Below are positions 37,178-51,200 of a stretch of DNA of 64,000 nt, piece after piece. Numbering within the stretch: position 1 is the stretch's first letter; each line of letters opens with the position of its first letter. The notes under the pieces were generated by a model. The model had not been told where the DNA came from, ran no database searches, and was given only the letters and a program-made list of their open reading frames with translations. Source of the DNA: Selaginella moellendorffii (taxonomy: Eukaryota > Plantae > Lycopodiophyta); NCBI RefSeq assembly GCF_000143415.4, contig NW_003314310.1, positions 409,904-473,903 of the forward strand. The letters run 5' to 3'. The translations under genes and the position numbers were made by a program.

Positions 37178-40100
37178 TGTAAGCCACAAATTTTTCCTTT
37201 CCAATTTGCTAGCTTACCTCATCTATCCGTCAAACACTGCCTTGGCTTTTGCTAAGTTCCCTTGCCAAGGTTCTCACCTATGGTACCAGCTCCTACTTGG
37301 TCTCAGCTACTCACTGCACGAGCAACGGAGTGTTAGCCATCCATCCACGGATTCCCAAATCACTCCCAATCCCCCTCCCTAGGTTAGACTGGACTTAAGG
37401 TTTGGCTACACTCCCCGCAAGCACAAGCAGCCAAGCACACCAAGCTTCCAGGTTCCTAACATCCCTTGGTACCACAAGACTTGATCATGGGACCCTCTAA
37501 ATCCCAAGTCTTGAGTGCAACACTTGCTTCGGGACACCAGGGCGAAACACCGTGGCCTAGCGGCCTGGTATGGGTACCTCTACCCCCCCACTTCCATCCC
37601 GAAGGAAGGCCCAAGCCCCTAGGAAGGGCGAGGACCAATGATCCGCATGGTACTCAAGTGGGGCACCACTCCACATGAGCCGGGAGCACCGCAATCAGTT
37701 TCCCTTTCGGGAGTGGGAGCTGCTCTTGAGCACTTCCTTGGATGGCCCCTCCGGCACCAACCCAGTCCAGCCCCCCGGGGGGGCCCCTTCAAAAATAGTT
37801 CCGGAACCCCCCTTTCCCTATTATATTTTGGGAACCCCGGGGAGCCCCCCCCCCCCCCCCCCCCCCTGGGAGATGCACGCTTTGGGCTTTCACCCCTTGA
37901 CCCGTATTAGTATTTGGACTTAGTCTCTGGCTCGATCTCGATCTCGGACCCGATTTTGGATCTGATTTCGGATTCAGTCTCGGACTCGATCTCCGACTCG
38001 ATCTGGGACCTGATCTCGGACCCGACCTCGGACTCGACCTCGGACTCGGTCTCGGACCCGATTTCGGATCTCGAACTCCGTCTCGAACTCGGTCTCGAAC
38101 TCGGACTCGAACTCGGTCCCTGAGTCGGTCTCGAACTCGGTCCCCGAGTCGGTCTCGGACTCGATTCCGGACTCTATCTCGAACTCGGTCCTAGAGTCAG
38201 ACTTGGACTTGGTCCCATCCGATGAACTCTTTGTCATTTTGGTCATGCTTTCGGGATTCCTTTAGCCTACAACACCTCGGTGAGTTGGTTCCTTACAACT
38301 CCACCACCCATAGAAGAAGTTCGATGCCCACATCGAACGTCTCGTTTTATCCTACGACTTGTTGACCATGTCTCCGGGGGCATCCCCCCACTTAGCGGTG
38401 TGCCTAAGTTAGCCTCCCCGGCCAAGAGCCCATGACAACGGAATATAGGTGTCCCTATACTCCTCACCTCACCACGCCCTAGTATAGGGTCGGGACTTGA
38501 ACCCAACCTTACTTTACTAGGGGGTTGGGACTCGACATCCCTGCAGGGAGTCGGGCGTAGCTCCCTACGCCTGGTCGACCTAGCTAACCCATGCTAATTA
38601 GCTTACCTTCGGCGTGCCTTCGGGTCCCAAGACATGCCATTGCTCAACTTCTCAAATTGATACTTTTAATTGAACTTTGCATAAGTACATAGAGTTCTGC
38701 CATGCAGAAATTCCTCCACTAGATCTCGCGCGTTCGCTAGGTTCTCCTCCGGTTCCCATGTTGCTTCGTAGTGTGGAAATCCTTTCCACTTCACATGGAA
38801 CTCTCTCACCTCGCGTCCTTGTCGCTTGCTCTTGCGCGCATTAAGGATGGCCTCGACTTCGTATTCCTCCTCCCCTTAGATAACCTCAGGTAAAGGTCTT
38901 ATTTGGTCCTTGCGAAGTGGATCCTCAAAATACGGCTTGAGTAAGTTCACATGGAACACGGGATGCATCTTCCCCATCTCTCGAGGAAGTTGGAGACGGT
39001 AAGCCACTTTACCGATTCGAGCCTCAATCTCGTAAGGCCCCGCGAACCTGCTTAAGGAACTCAAGATCAATTCATTTACAGGAATACATGCATTTTTACC
39101 TTTGGGTCAACTTCCGGCTGATCCCACTTGGTAGCCTGAGGTTCTTGGTGTTCAGCCACACCTTCTCCCCAGCTTGGAACTCCACATCCCGACGCTTTTG
39201 GTTCGTGTACTTAGTCTGTCTTTGTCGAGCCCGTTCCAAGGAATCCCTCACTAGATTCTAAATGTTGAGTCTTTCCGCCGTGAATGCTTCCACTGCGGGT
39301 AACTCTCCCTCAACTCATGTACATTCGATGGTCGCTCCCATTCCTGGATCGCTTGGACCTTCTCCGGGTCCACCTTGAGCCTGTCCTGGCCCACCACATG
39401 CCCGAGAAACTTTACCTCTTGTTGAGCAAAGTCACATTTGCTCTCTTTAGCATACAGTTTGTGTTCCCTTAGTTTCTCAAACACCTTCGCCAAGTGTTCG
39501 GCATGCTCCTCTAGTGTCTCGCTATAGATCAGGATGTCGTCAATATAGACGACCATGAAGTGATCCAGATAGAGTACAAAGATGTGGTTCATCAACGCCG
39601 AAAACGTTGCCGGCGCATTGCACAGCCCAAAGGGCATCACCAGAAACTCAAAGCTCCCATACCTTGTTCGACAGGTTGTCTTCTCGACATCTTCCTCAGC
39701 TACCCTGATCTGGTAGTATCCTGACCTTAGGTCAATCCTCGAGAAGTATTTTGCTTTTCCCAACCTATCGAACAGGTCCTCAATCCTTGGCAAAGGGTAC
39801 TTGTTCTTCTTTGTATACTTGTTGAGCAACCGGTAATCTATGCACATACGCATAGATCCATCTTTCTTTTTCACAAATAGCACCGGCGCCCCATACGGCG
39901 ACTTGCTCAACCTAACATACCCTTTGTCCACCAACTCCTCTAGTTGGCACTTGAGCTCCTTGAGTTCTTTTTCGTTCAAACGATAGGGGGGACGAACCAC
40001 CGCCTCAGCACCCTCGACCAGCTCAATCTTATGTTCTATCGGTCGTGCGGGGGGCAACCCCGCTAGTAGCTCCTCCGGCATGGTATCCTGGAATTGTTCC

Positions 40101-42600
40101 AACACCCGCTGGATCACTAAAGGTACTTCTTCCGTTCCTGTCTTTTTGTCACTCTTCACCGAGAGTAAGCACAAAAAGGCTGCCTTAGTTCATTTAGTGA
40201 GTTGTCCTCTCGTGGACACCAGGTCTAAGCAGGATTCTTTGGCCTTGCTTTGCCCTACCTTTAGATCCTGGGCCTCCACCCTAGATCTTCTTCCTTGGGC
40301 ATTCGCTAGTACCACAAGGTTCCTACCTTGTCCATGTAAGGCTACCACGAACCGATTGAACCAATCCATTCCGAAGATCACGTCAAATCCCGTCATGTCC
40401 AACACGGTGAAGTCCATGTCTACTTTCCAAGTCCCTACTTCGACTCTCGCTTGTCAAAGTACCTCATCAGTGCTTTGGCTACCTTGAACAAACTCTATAG
40501 TCCTTGGTTCGCCTAGCCGCTGCACCGTTAGTCCGGCTTGCCGGACTATGTCTGCAGCCACAAAATTATCCGAAGCACCCGTATCAATAAAGATCTTAAC
40601 AAAGCTACCTCCGAGCTTCCCTCGGAGGGCTAGTAGATGTCGCGAACGACTCTCTACCAAAGTTGCTCGTGTAATGAGTAACTTTGAGTTAGGGACCGGA
40701 TCACATACCTCAGTTTGGACTTCACTCGACTTGATGGCCATATTGGTTCTGGCCTTCTTCGGGTAGGGACATTCCCTCGAAAAGTGTCCCGCTTCACCGC
40801 AGTTGTAGCATACGTTGTTTCCCACGCTGCTATATGCCTTGACCTTCTTATCTGTGGGTTTGTCTCTTTTCGCTTGACTCCCCCACGTACTCGCTCGCTG
40901 GCCACCGGATTTGCCTTTCCGGAACCCCGAGGACTCATTCTTAGAGAAACTCTTCTTGAATTTCCCCCTGCTATGCGTTCCCCTTGGTTTGGCCCCTTTG
41001 CTAAATGTGGATCCCGACCCCGTCGTGTTCCCCTTTCGCAGGTTATCATTGAAATGCACCTTGATGGCCGCATCTAATGCTTCCTTGTAGTTGGTCGGGT
41101 TCCAGCGCATCACCTCACCGCGAGCCCAGGTTTGCAAACCTTATATAAAGGCATGGAACGCATCCATATCCCCCATGTCCGTGACAAGTATCCTCTTTGC
41201 CATGAACCCATTCACATATTCCTGGATGGTTCCAGTCTGCTTCAGCCTACTCAGCTCATCTCTCAGATGCAGAGTGGCATTCGGAGGAACGTATATTGCG
41301 CGGATCCTCGCCTTCATCATGTCCCAGGTGGCCACCGGTCCTTCGTTGGCCTCCGTTGTTCTCCACCAAGACTTGGCATTATCTGCCAAGTATGGTTTTG
41401 CACATGGGACCTTCTCCGAGCTCAGTAACCACAACGCTCGGAAGTAGTCCTCCATATCGTAAAACCAATCCTCCACAACCTTATAGTCGTTCACTCCCTT
41501 GAACACCAGTGGGGGCTTTGGTTTGTACTTGGGAACTGCCTAAGGGACTGATTCCACTTTGGTCTGTTCGACATTGTTTGGTTTTGCCTCAGTCCCTGCC
41601 GAAGGGTCTGCACCTTCTGCGCTACCAGCATCCACAGTCTTTCGCTTTTTCTTCCGCTTCTCGTCACGCTTTAACTTGCGTACGAGAGTCTTCAGCAGGG
41701 CATTGGTCTGTGCCAACTGTCCTTCTAGCACGTCCAATCGAGCCTTGGACGACCGAACCTCGCCACCGGACTCCTGTTTGGAAGTTTCCTCACTGGAGTC
41801 CTCCTCATGCAAGGATTCCTCATCCATAGCCTCTTGTTCGACCGGAGGCTCCAGCTCTGGCAGAGGTTCCGTCTCTGCCTGAGTTCGCTTACGCCTTGCC
41901 CTTGCCATCTCCCAGCAATCCGCCTCTATCCTTCGCTAGAACTGAGGAAAATGCTCTGATACCAAATTGTAAGCCACAAATTTTTCCTTTCCAATTTGCT
42001 AGCTTACCTCGTTTATCCGTCCAACACTGCCTTGGCTTTTGCTAAGTTCCCTTGCCAAGGTTCTCGCTTATGGTACTAGCTCCTACTTGGTCTCAGCTAC
42101 TCACTGCACGAACAACGGAGTGTTAGCCATCCATCCACGGATTCCCAAATCACTCCCAATCCCCCTCCCCGGGTTAGATTGGACTTAAGGTTCGGCTACA
42201 CTCCCCGCAAGCACAAGCAGCCAAGCACACCAAGCTTCCAGGTTCCTAACATCCCTTGGTACCACAAGACTTGATCATGGGACCCTCTAAATCCCAAGTC
42301 TTGAGTGCAACACTTGCTTCGGGACACCGGGGCGAAACACCGTGGCCTAGCGGCCCGGTATGGGTACCTCTACCCCCCCACTTCCATCCCGAAGGAAGGC
42401 CCAAGCCCCTAGGAAGGGCGAGGACCAATGAGCTGCATGGTACTCAAATGGGGCACCACTCCACATGAGCCGGGAGCACCGCAATCGGTTTCCCTTTCGG
42501 GAGTGGGAGCTGCTCTTGAGCACTTCCTTGGATGGCCCCTCCAGCACTAACCCAGTCCATGCTCACCCCCACCCAAGGCCCTTCGGTCCCAGTGTCAACC
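37178..42600 (-). mobile_element. Defective chromovirus LTR retrotransposon, family A: 3' LTR 37178-38297, gag-pol about 41908-38660, PBS 41952-41964, truncated 5' LTR 41968-42600
   Basis: Gag, zinc knuckle CYNCGEAGHFSREC, protease DTGAS, RT ([13 protein letters not shown]), GPY module and chromodomain. RNase H and the integrase core are deleted at about 39300; several in-frame stops. PBS TGGTATCAGAGC (tRNA-iMet); PPT GGGTGGTGGAG. Confidence 0.92.
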
Positions 42601-44152
42601 GCCAAGTCCCGACCCTATACTAGGGCGTAGTGAGGTGAGGAGTATAGGGACACCTATATTTTGTTGTCATGGGCTCTTGGCCGGGGAGGCTAACTTAGGC
42701 ACACCGCTAAGTGGGGGGATGCCCCCGGAGACATGGTCAACAAGTCGTAGGATAAAACGAGACGTTCGATATGGGCATCGAACTTCTTATATGGATGGTG
42801 AAGTTGTAAAGAACCAACTCACCGAGGTGTCATAGGCTAAAGGAACCCCGAAAGCATGACCAAAATGACAAAGAGTTCATCGGATGCGACCAAGTCGAAG
42901 ATCAAGTCCAAGACCGACTCTAGGACCGAGTTTGAGATAGAGTCCAGAATCGAGTCCGAGACCGACTCGGGGACCGAGTTCGAGTCCGAGTTCGAGACCG
43001 AGTTCGAGACAGAGTCCGAGATCCGAAATCGGGTCCGAGACCGAGTCCGAGGTCGAGTCCGAGGTCGGGTCCGAGATCGGCTCCGAGATCGAGTCCGAGA
43101 TCGAGTCCGAGACCGAATCCGAAATCAGGTCCGAGATCGAGCCAGAGACTAAGTCCAAATACTAATACGGGTCAAGGGGTGAAAGCCCAAAGCGTGCGTC
43201 TCCCAGGGGGGGGGCGGCTGCAGGGGGACTGGGACCGAAGGGCCTTGGGTGGGGGTGAGCATGGACTGGGTTGGTGCCAGAGGGGCCATCCAAGGAAGTG
43301 CTCAAGAGCAGCTCCCACTCCCGAAAGGGAAACCGATTGCGGTGCTCTCGGCTCATGTGGAGTGGTGCCCCACTTGAGTACCATGCGGCTCATTGGTCCT
43401 CGCCCTTCCTAGGGGCTTGGGCCTTCCTTCGGGATGGAAGTGGGGGGCGAGAGGTACCCATACCGGGCCGCTAGGCCATGGTGTTTCACCCCGGCATCCC
43501 GAAGCAAGTGTTGCACTCAAGACTTGGGATTTAGAGGGTCCCATGATCAAGTCTTGTGGTACCAAGGGATGTTAGGAACGTGGTGTGAGACACAAAATCC
43601 CTAGGCCCCAAAGTGGAGCCGGAAGGGCGCCACATGGTAGTGGCCAAAGCGAGAGCCAATTAGAGTAACACGTTTGGACCAAAAGCTCTGACTTGAAAAG
43701 TCAAGAGCGGGAGTGGAACTCCCAACGAAATGCTCGAGGAACGAGCACGAAGCGAGCAAAAGGCGAGGCTCCAAAAAGGGACCCAAAAGGACCAACACAT
43801 GACACGTGGGAGTGTCCGAGATGGACCCAAGTTGGAGTCCGAAGTGGAGTCCGAGATGGACCCGAGTTGGAGTCCGAAGTGGAGTCCAAGATGGACCCGA
43901 GATGGAGTCCGAGATGGAGTCCGAAGTGGAGTCCGAGGTGGACCCGAGATGGACCCGAGATGGAGTCCGAGATGGAGTCCGAGATGGAGTCCGAGGTGGA
44001 CCCGAGATGGACCCGAAATGGAGTCCGAGATGGAGTCCGAGATGGACCCGAGATGGAGTCCGAGATGGAGTCCGAGATGGACCCGAGATGGAGTCCGAGA
44101 TGGAGTCCGAGATGGAGTCCGAGATGGAGTCCGAAGTCGAGACCGAGACCGG

Positions 44153-44184
<32 letters not shown>

Positions 44185-47100
44185 TCGGGACCGAGACCGA
44201 GACCGAGGCCGAGGCCGAGACCGAGCCCGAGCCCGAGTCCGAGTCCGAATCCGAGTCTGAGTCCGAGTCCGAGTCCGAGTCCGAGTCCGAGTCCGAAGCC
44301 TGAGAGGGTGAAAGCCCAAAGCGTTCGTCTCCCAGACCCTGGGGGGTTTGGTGAGCTCCAAAAGTATAGTAGGGGGAGGACTGCAGTGGAGCCAGTTTGG
44401 CTAGGAAAGGCCAGTTTGGCCCAGGAAGGCCGGACCCAGTGTTGGGTGATGAGCTGCCCACTGGGAAGTCCAAGACTAGAGTGAACACAGACCGACAAGC
44501 GGAGTAGCTTGGTGAAGTGTTCAAGAGCCGGCTCTAGTTCCCCCGGGAGATCGACTGGCCGATGCTCCCAGTCCAAGTGTGGGTGGCACTACCTACTTGG
44601 ATACCTGGTGTGGCTCAACGGAACCCGCTCTAAGCCCACGGCTAGAGCACCCAAGGGCAGAAGGCGAGGAGAGTACCCAGGTGGCTCGCGTAAGGCCACG
44701 GTGTTCCGAAATATTGTCCCAAAGGCCCAGACTGTGGAAAGGAAGAGGAGCAGTCCTCTGGGGTAGGGACCAGTGACACAGTCGTGTGGTGAGGAAGTCC
44801 CAGAGGACCGTGGGACTTAGTGGTCGGGCCTGTGGGTCTCGATCCAGTGGCAGTGTTGGCAAACACGGCTAGAGGCAGAAAGGGACTTAGTGGGGACTGA
44901 CAGAGGGATATTGGGGAAGGCTATTCCCCTTGTCGGTGGGCATCCTAAGGATGCTAAGGAGTGGATCTGAGATGACCACTCACGGATGGTTTGCCTAGTC
45001 TTGGAGAGCCAAGACGGTGATGCAAGTGGTATTGGACTACTAGTGTGGCAAAGGTGATTGGGCATGGCCTTAGCGTAACGGGCTGCTATGTCGGTGGTAC
45101 CTTTGAGTGTCGGTCATGGGATTGGACACGTGGAGCACTTGGACCAAGTGCAAATGTTGAGTGGCATGGATGCCATTCTCGGGGCTAGCAAGTCCCAAGT
45201 CCTGGATTGGACTTATGGAGGTTGTGAATGAGACTCCTCCAAGTGGTCAGAGGTGTGGTTAAGTGACTAAAGTAGAATGGAAAATTTAGTCGCTTACAAC
45301 TTGGTATCGGAGCTGTTCCTTAGTCCGACTTTTATTGATGCCCAAGTATATCACCATTGATGTTGGCATCGGAAGGTCCGAGGAGTGGGCCTATCCTTGA
45401 GGAGCAGCAAGTCGGGAAGACATGGCTCTCTATTACAGTTCATGTGTGAACTTGTAGACGAGGTGGTGGATAAAAAAGGGCCAATAATGGAACGACTTTG
45501 GGATCTTGGGAACAGTGCAAGGTTTTCCTCATTAAGTTGAGGATGTGATCCGGATGAGCATTTGTCTCAGCAAATTGGCTAAGGTTGTTGTGGTAAACAA
45601 CTAAAGTTGGGATCATGGGAAAGATAGAGACTCCAAAACAATAAAGGAGTCACAAGATTATCCTCATATAGTTGGGGTTGGTGCTCATGAATGTGAGACC
45701 AGAGGTAATGACCGTGGGAGGTCAAATACGGAAGAGGACTCAAGTCCTTGAAATGGTAGCCGGGGCTACCTTTAATAAATGCTGGAACAACCCAAGGAGT
45801 TGGGGTGTGTACTTAGAGATGAGTGGTATTCTCATCGCATGGACAAGTAGTCCTAAGGGGCAAAAGTTGCCCCCAGAGAACAAAATCAAGTGTCGGAGTA
45901 ACACTTGTGAAAATAGTCCTTTTGAGTAGGACAGGAATGCAAGAAGTGTATTCCAGTGAGCTAGTGCCTCACAAGTAGGACCTTAAGGGTCTGTGGATTA
46001 ACCAAGTCCAAAACTGCTGATGACTCAAGTAGAGTTAAGGGATGGTCCTAAAAGGACTAAGGGAAGCATTTTGACTGAGGTGTGTTGTACCCCACAAAGG
46101 ATGGGGGGGGATCATAGGATCCAGGGATGAGAACAGAGGGTATCTCATCGATGGCAAAATGTGCCATGCTAAAGTTATGGGAAAGGTGTTCCCAGAAGAA
46201 AACAACTTTGACACAAAGTTGTGTGTGACCTCTATAGTGCAGTGCTAACGGATGGTTGGCATGAGAAAGAGCGGTGTTGGTCTTGGCAAAGACATAAACA
46301 CGAAGGGGAAGTGTCATAGAGGTAGGCTCGTGGAGCCGATGGTGTGGAGACACCAAATGTGCCAAGGTGTGATACCTTGAGGCTATGTTGGTGGGTTCAT
46401 GAGAACCCCTTGCCAAAGGAATCCCAATGGAAATGGGAATGGCATAGCCTAAGCTGTAGAGCATGCAGTTGGAGTGCGGTGACCCAGATAATGATGGAGG
46501 TGTGAAAGCACCAAACAATGAGTTGTAGGACTTGACAACTATGAGGCAACTAAGCAAGAGGTGCAAAATAACTGATTGAACAGGTAGAAGGTAGCTACCC
46601 AAGACTTCTTAATAGCATAGGGAAGTCGGATATACCCTTACGGGGGATAAGTTGCTTGTGTTGCGATATAGTAAGTCAATGTCATAAAAGGAAATACTCA
46701 TTGTCAAGAAAGCCATCATTGGGACACCCGAACACTCTAGAACACCAGAAGGTGGTGTTTGATGTCGCGAGGGCAATGGATAAGGCCCAAGGGACTAAGT
46801 CCCTAGCGAATGATGGATAGAAGGTGCTATCCAAATGTCCAAGGTTGCGGAGACAGGAGAGGACTGTCTACCCGAGTTGGACAAAGCCAAGAATGGAATT
46901 TTGGCAAGGCTAGTGATGGGCATATAAAGGCCCATAAGCAACAATGTAATCCCAGTGTGTGGGATTATAAGGTGAGCATACCCAAATTGAGGAACCACTC
47001 CCTGGGCTATTGGGTAGGTTCATCCCTAAGAATACTTGCTAAGGCATGATAGAAAGTGCAAAGCTATCCTCCTGGTCTGGAGGAGAATAACCAAAGGAAA

Positions 47101-47775
47101 CATATGGGGCCAAAAGGCAAGTAGTATTGGGATGGAACTGAACCATAGAAATCGAAGGGCATAACCAAGGTTGGTTATGCCAGTTGGGAGTGGAGAATCA
47201 AGTGGGGGCTCGAGGGTGTTGCCGCTAGCAGCCGTGATGCCATGGAGAGTCTAAAATATGGAATTGTCCATGTTAGACTATATGGCAATTGGAAAGCTTG
47301 CAAAAAGGGAGGCCTTAGCAAGCTAAGGGACAGAGTTCCTTCAAGGTTCCCAAAGACGATTCTAGGTAGCTTAGTACCTAGAAAGGCCAAGTGTAAATGG
47401 TTCATAGAACGCGCGAAATCAGAGTGGCGCAGCAGAAGCGTGGTCTTGAAGCTTGCCATGAGGCAAGGCTATCAAGGTTAGCGAAGTAGTTCCCGAGTGT
47501 TCAAAGAGAGGGCTTTGAACGAAGGTTGATGGTTAAGGACTTCCATGCTTATGCATGAACCATGTTACGGTGGCCGGATGACTTGCTAAGTGAGATTGGC
47601 AAGTTGGGGGGAACAAATACCCTAGTTGAAGGTGCTAACTTCAAAAAGGGTGGCCCATGGGGCCAAGCATGGAGGAGCCCATGCATGATCACAGATATGT
47701 CAAGTGAGAGGACTTGGCAGTGTGGGGGAACTAGGTTCCTAAGCTGTGATCTGTAGCGCGCTTTAAAAATAAGTT

Positions 47776-48200
47776 GGTGCACCGGCGTGGGGAGTCACGC
47801 CAGGCATCTTGTGTGATGCCGTCCGTAGATGCATATACGGAGGTTGGGTTCGAGTCTCGACCCTCTAGTGCTTGGGTTCGAGTCCCAAATCACTAGGGTG
47901 TAGTGGTGGTTTGGAATATGAGGACACTCATATTTCGGTGGTCATGGACTCTCAGTGGGGAGACTGGTTTGGGCACACCGCCAAGTGAGGGATGCCTCGG
48001 AGTCATGATGCACGGTTAGATTGCTTAGTGTGAAAGCTCAGCATATCTAACTTGAACGCTTTGGTGCAAGTGGCACCAAGGTCGTGGTGAGTGAGATGGG
48101 GACACCTAATCTCAGTTGTTATGAACCCTTGGCCATAAGGGCTGGCTTGGGTGCACCGCCAAGTGTGGGGGATGCCCCCGGGGTTATAGTCAACAACTTG
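47776..48200 (+). ncRNA. Putative conserved structured RNA module (hairpin series, two T-loop hairpins, two four-way junctions)
   Basis: Compensatory changes relative to the family-A copies at 42605-42745 (+) and 38360-38580 (-); details in findings. Confidence 0.5.
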
Positions 48201-51200
48201 GAAGTCTAGAAGACCAAGTACCTCTTGGCAACTCTATTAAGGTGCCAAGGTGAGATCACTAGGTGATCTTATGGCCAAATAAGGACAAGGTCCTTGGTTG
48301 GCTAAGGAATGAAGTTCCTGGTTCAAAATGTTGAAATTGAACTGTTTAAGGTGGTGTGGCTTGGTCGTGATGACCAAGTGGGAAGAGCATCTAAGGGAAA
48401 TAAACTATGTCCGTGCGATGGCATAGTGAGTCCGAAGAAAGTAGTCTCTATAAAAGACCCATAGGAGGGTCACGAAGTTGGGCCGTGGATAGAGCCCTTA
48501 GCAGAAGATGCTAAAGAGACGTACTAGGGGTGAACATCCTCCGGACTTGGCAAAGAAAAGTCTTTGCTATGGAACCGAAACAATACCTCAAGAAGGGAGG
48601 TAGAGATTCGATGTTGCTTGGTGCAACAATCAACGGATAGGAGCAAAAGATGAGTGGCCAAGATAGGGCCGTGGAATCCCTTGGAAGGAATCCAAGTGAC
48701 AAAGTTAGGCGAGGAATACTAATGTGTTGGACACTAACAAGTTGCGGGAAAGGAAGTGTGTTTCCAAGGAGGAATTCCGAAATGCTCCGATTTGGCGAAA
48801 GTGGAAGCTCCAAGGGAGAGAGCGGTAAGGTAGCCAAATGATAGGGCCATGAACAGCCCTAGCACAAAGTATGATAACGGGAACTTTGGCACGAAATAGA
48901 AGAGAGGATGATGGTGCCCTCGAGTAGAGAACTTCCTAGGATGGGAAGTGGAGTTGCACAAAAAGGTGCAAGGCAAGGTGTCGGAGACACCTAGGAAATT
49001 GACTCCAAGAAGTCAAAATTCAAAGTTCCAAAATGCAAAGGTTATATCAATGGAAATCGAGACTACTCGAGAAGGAGTAGTGGGATTGACTTAGAGAAGG
49101 GTTTCTAAAAGGTTTAGCGAGAACTAAACTAATAAAAGGAAAGAACCACTATATGTGGTCCAATCAGTCTCTAAGTTGGAGAGACTACCCTCCTTAAAGG
49201 ATATGCAAAAGGCATGGTGAGCCTTCAATGTCCAACCATTGACGAATATGGAGAAGGCATGGTGAGCCTTCAATGTCACACCATTGACAAATATTGGCTA
49301 CGTGCCAAGGATGGAAATGGTAACACATGCGGGTGTTACTTTATAAAATGGTTCACCGTTTGATGAGGACATCGAACTTCGTCTATGGGTGGTGGAGTTG
49401 TGAGACACAAAATCTCTAGGCCCCAAAGTGGAGCTGGAAGGGCGCCACATGGTAGTGGCCGAAGCAAGAGCCAAACGAGAGTAACACGTTTGGACCAAAA
49501 GCTCCGACTTGAAAAGTCAAGAGCGGGAGTGGAACTCCCAACGAAATGCTCGAGGAACGAGCACGAAGCGAGCAAAAGGCGAGGCTCCAAAAAGGGACCC
49601 AAAAGGACCAACACATGACACGTGGGAGTGTCCGAGATGGACCCGAGTTGGAGTCCGAAGTGGAGTTCGAGATGGACCCGAGTTGGAGTCCGAAGTGGAG
49701 TCCAAGATGGACCCGAGATGGAGTCCGAGATGGAGTCCGAAGTGGAGTCCGAGGTGGACCCGAGATGGAGTCCGAGATGGAGTCCGAGATGGAGTCCGAG
49801 ATGGAGTCCGAGGTGGACCCGAGATGGACCCGAAATGGAGTCCGAGATGGAGTCCGAGATGGACCCGAGATGGAGTCCGAGATGGAGTCCGAGATGGACC
49901 CGAGATGGACCCGAGATGGAGTCCGAGATGGAGTCCGAGATGGAGTCCGAAGTCGAGACCGAGACCGGGACTGAGACCGAGACCGAGACCGAGATCGGGA
50001 CCGAGACCGAGACCGAGCCCGAGCCCGAGCCCGAGTCCGAGTCTGAATCCGAGTCTGAGTCCGAGTCCGAGTCCGAGTCCGAGTCCGAGTCCGAAGCCTG
50101 AGAGGGTGAAAGCCCAAAGCGTTCGTCTCCCAGACCCTGGGGGGTTTGGTGAGCTCCAAAAGTATAGTAGGGGGAGGACTGCAGTGGAGCCAGTTTGGCC
50201 AGGAAAGGCCAGTTTGGCCCAGGAAGGCCGGACCCAGTGTTGGGTGATGAGCTGCCCACTGGGAAGTCCAAGACTAGAGTGAACACAGACCGACAAGCGG
50301 GGTAGCTTGGTGAAGTGTTCAAGAGCCGGCTCTAGTTCCCCCGGGAGATCGACTGGCCGATGCTCCCGGGAGATCGACTGGCCGATCTTGTGTGATGCCG
50401 TCCGTAGATGCATATACGGAGGTTGGGTTCGAGTCTCGACCCTCTAGTGCTTGGGTTCGAGTCCCAAATCACTAGGGTGTAGTGGTGGTTTGGAATATGA
50501 GGACACTCATATTTCGGTGGTCATGGACTCTCAGTGGGGAGACTGGTTTGGGCACACCGCCAAGTGAGGGATGCCTCGGAGTCATGATGCACGGTTAGAT
50601 TGCTTAGTGTGAAAGCTCAGCATATCTAACTTGAACGCTTTGGTGCAAGTGGCACCAAGGTCGTGGTGAGTGAGATGGGGACACCTAATCTCAGTTGTTA
50701 TGAACCCTTGGCCATAAGGGCTGGCTTGGGTGCACCGCCAAGTGTGGGGGATGCCCCCGGGGTTATAGTCAACAACTTGGAAGTCTAGAAGACCAAGTAC
50801 CTCTTGGCAACTCTATTAAGGTGCCAAGGTGAGATCACTAGGTGATCTTATGGCCAAATAAGGACAAGGTCCTTGGTTGGCTAAGGAATGAAGTTCCTGG
50901 TTCAAAATGTTGAAATTGAACTGTTTAAGGTGGTGTGGCTTGGTCGTGATGACCAAGTGGGAAGAGCATCTAAGGGAAATAAACTATGTCCGTGCGATGG
51001 CATAGTGAGTCCGAAGAAAGTAGTCTCTATAAAAGACCCATAGGAGGGTCACGAAGTTGGGCCGTGGATAGAGCCCTTAGCAGAAGATGCTAAAGAGACG
51101 TACTAGGGGTGAACATCCTCCGGACTTGGCAAAGAAAAGTCTTTGCTATGGAACCGAAACAATACCTCAAGAAGGGAGGTAGAGATTCGATGTTGCTTGG

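Noticed and set aside
46010-46050. CTGATGA as a hammerhead ribozyme core (retrozyme)
   Set aside because: No GAAA follows the candidate stem II, and no stems I/III are evident.
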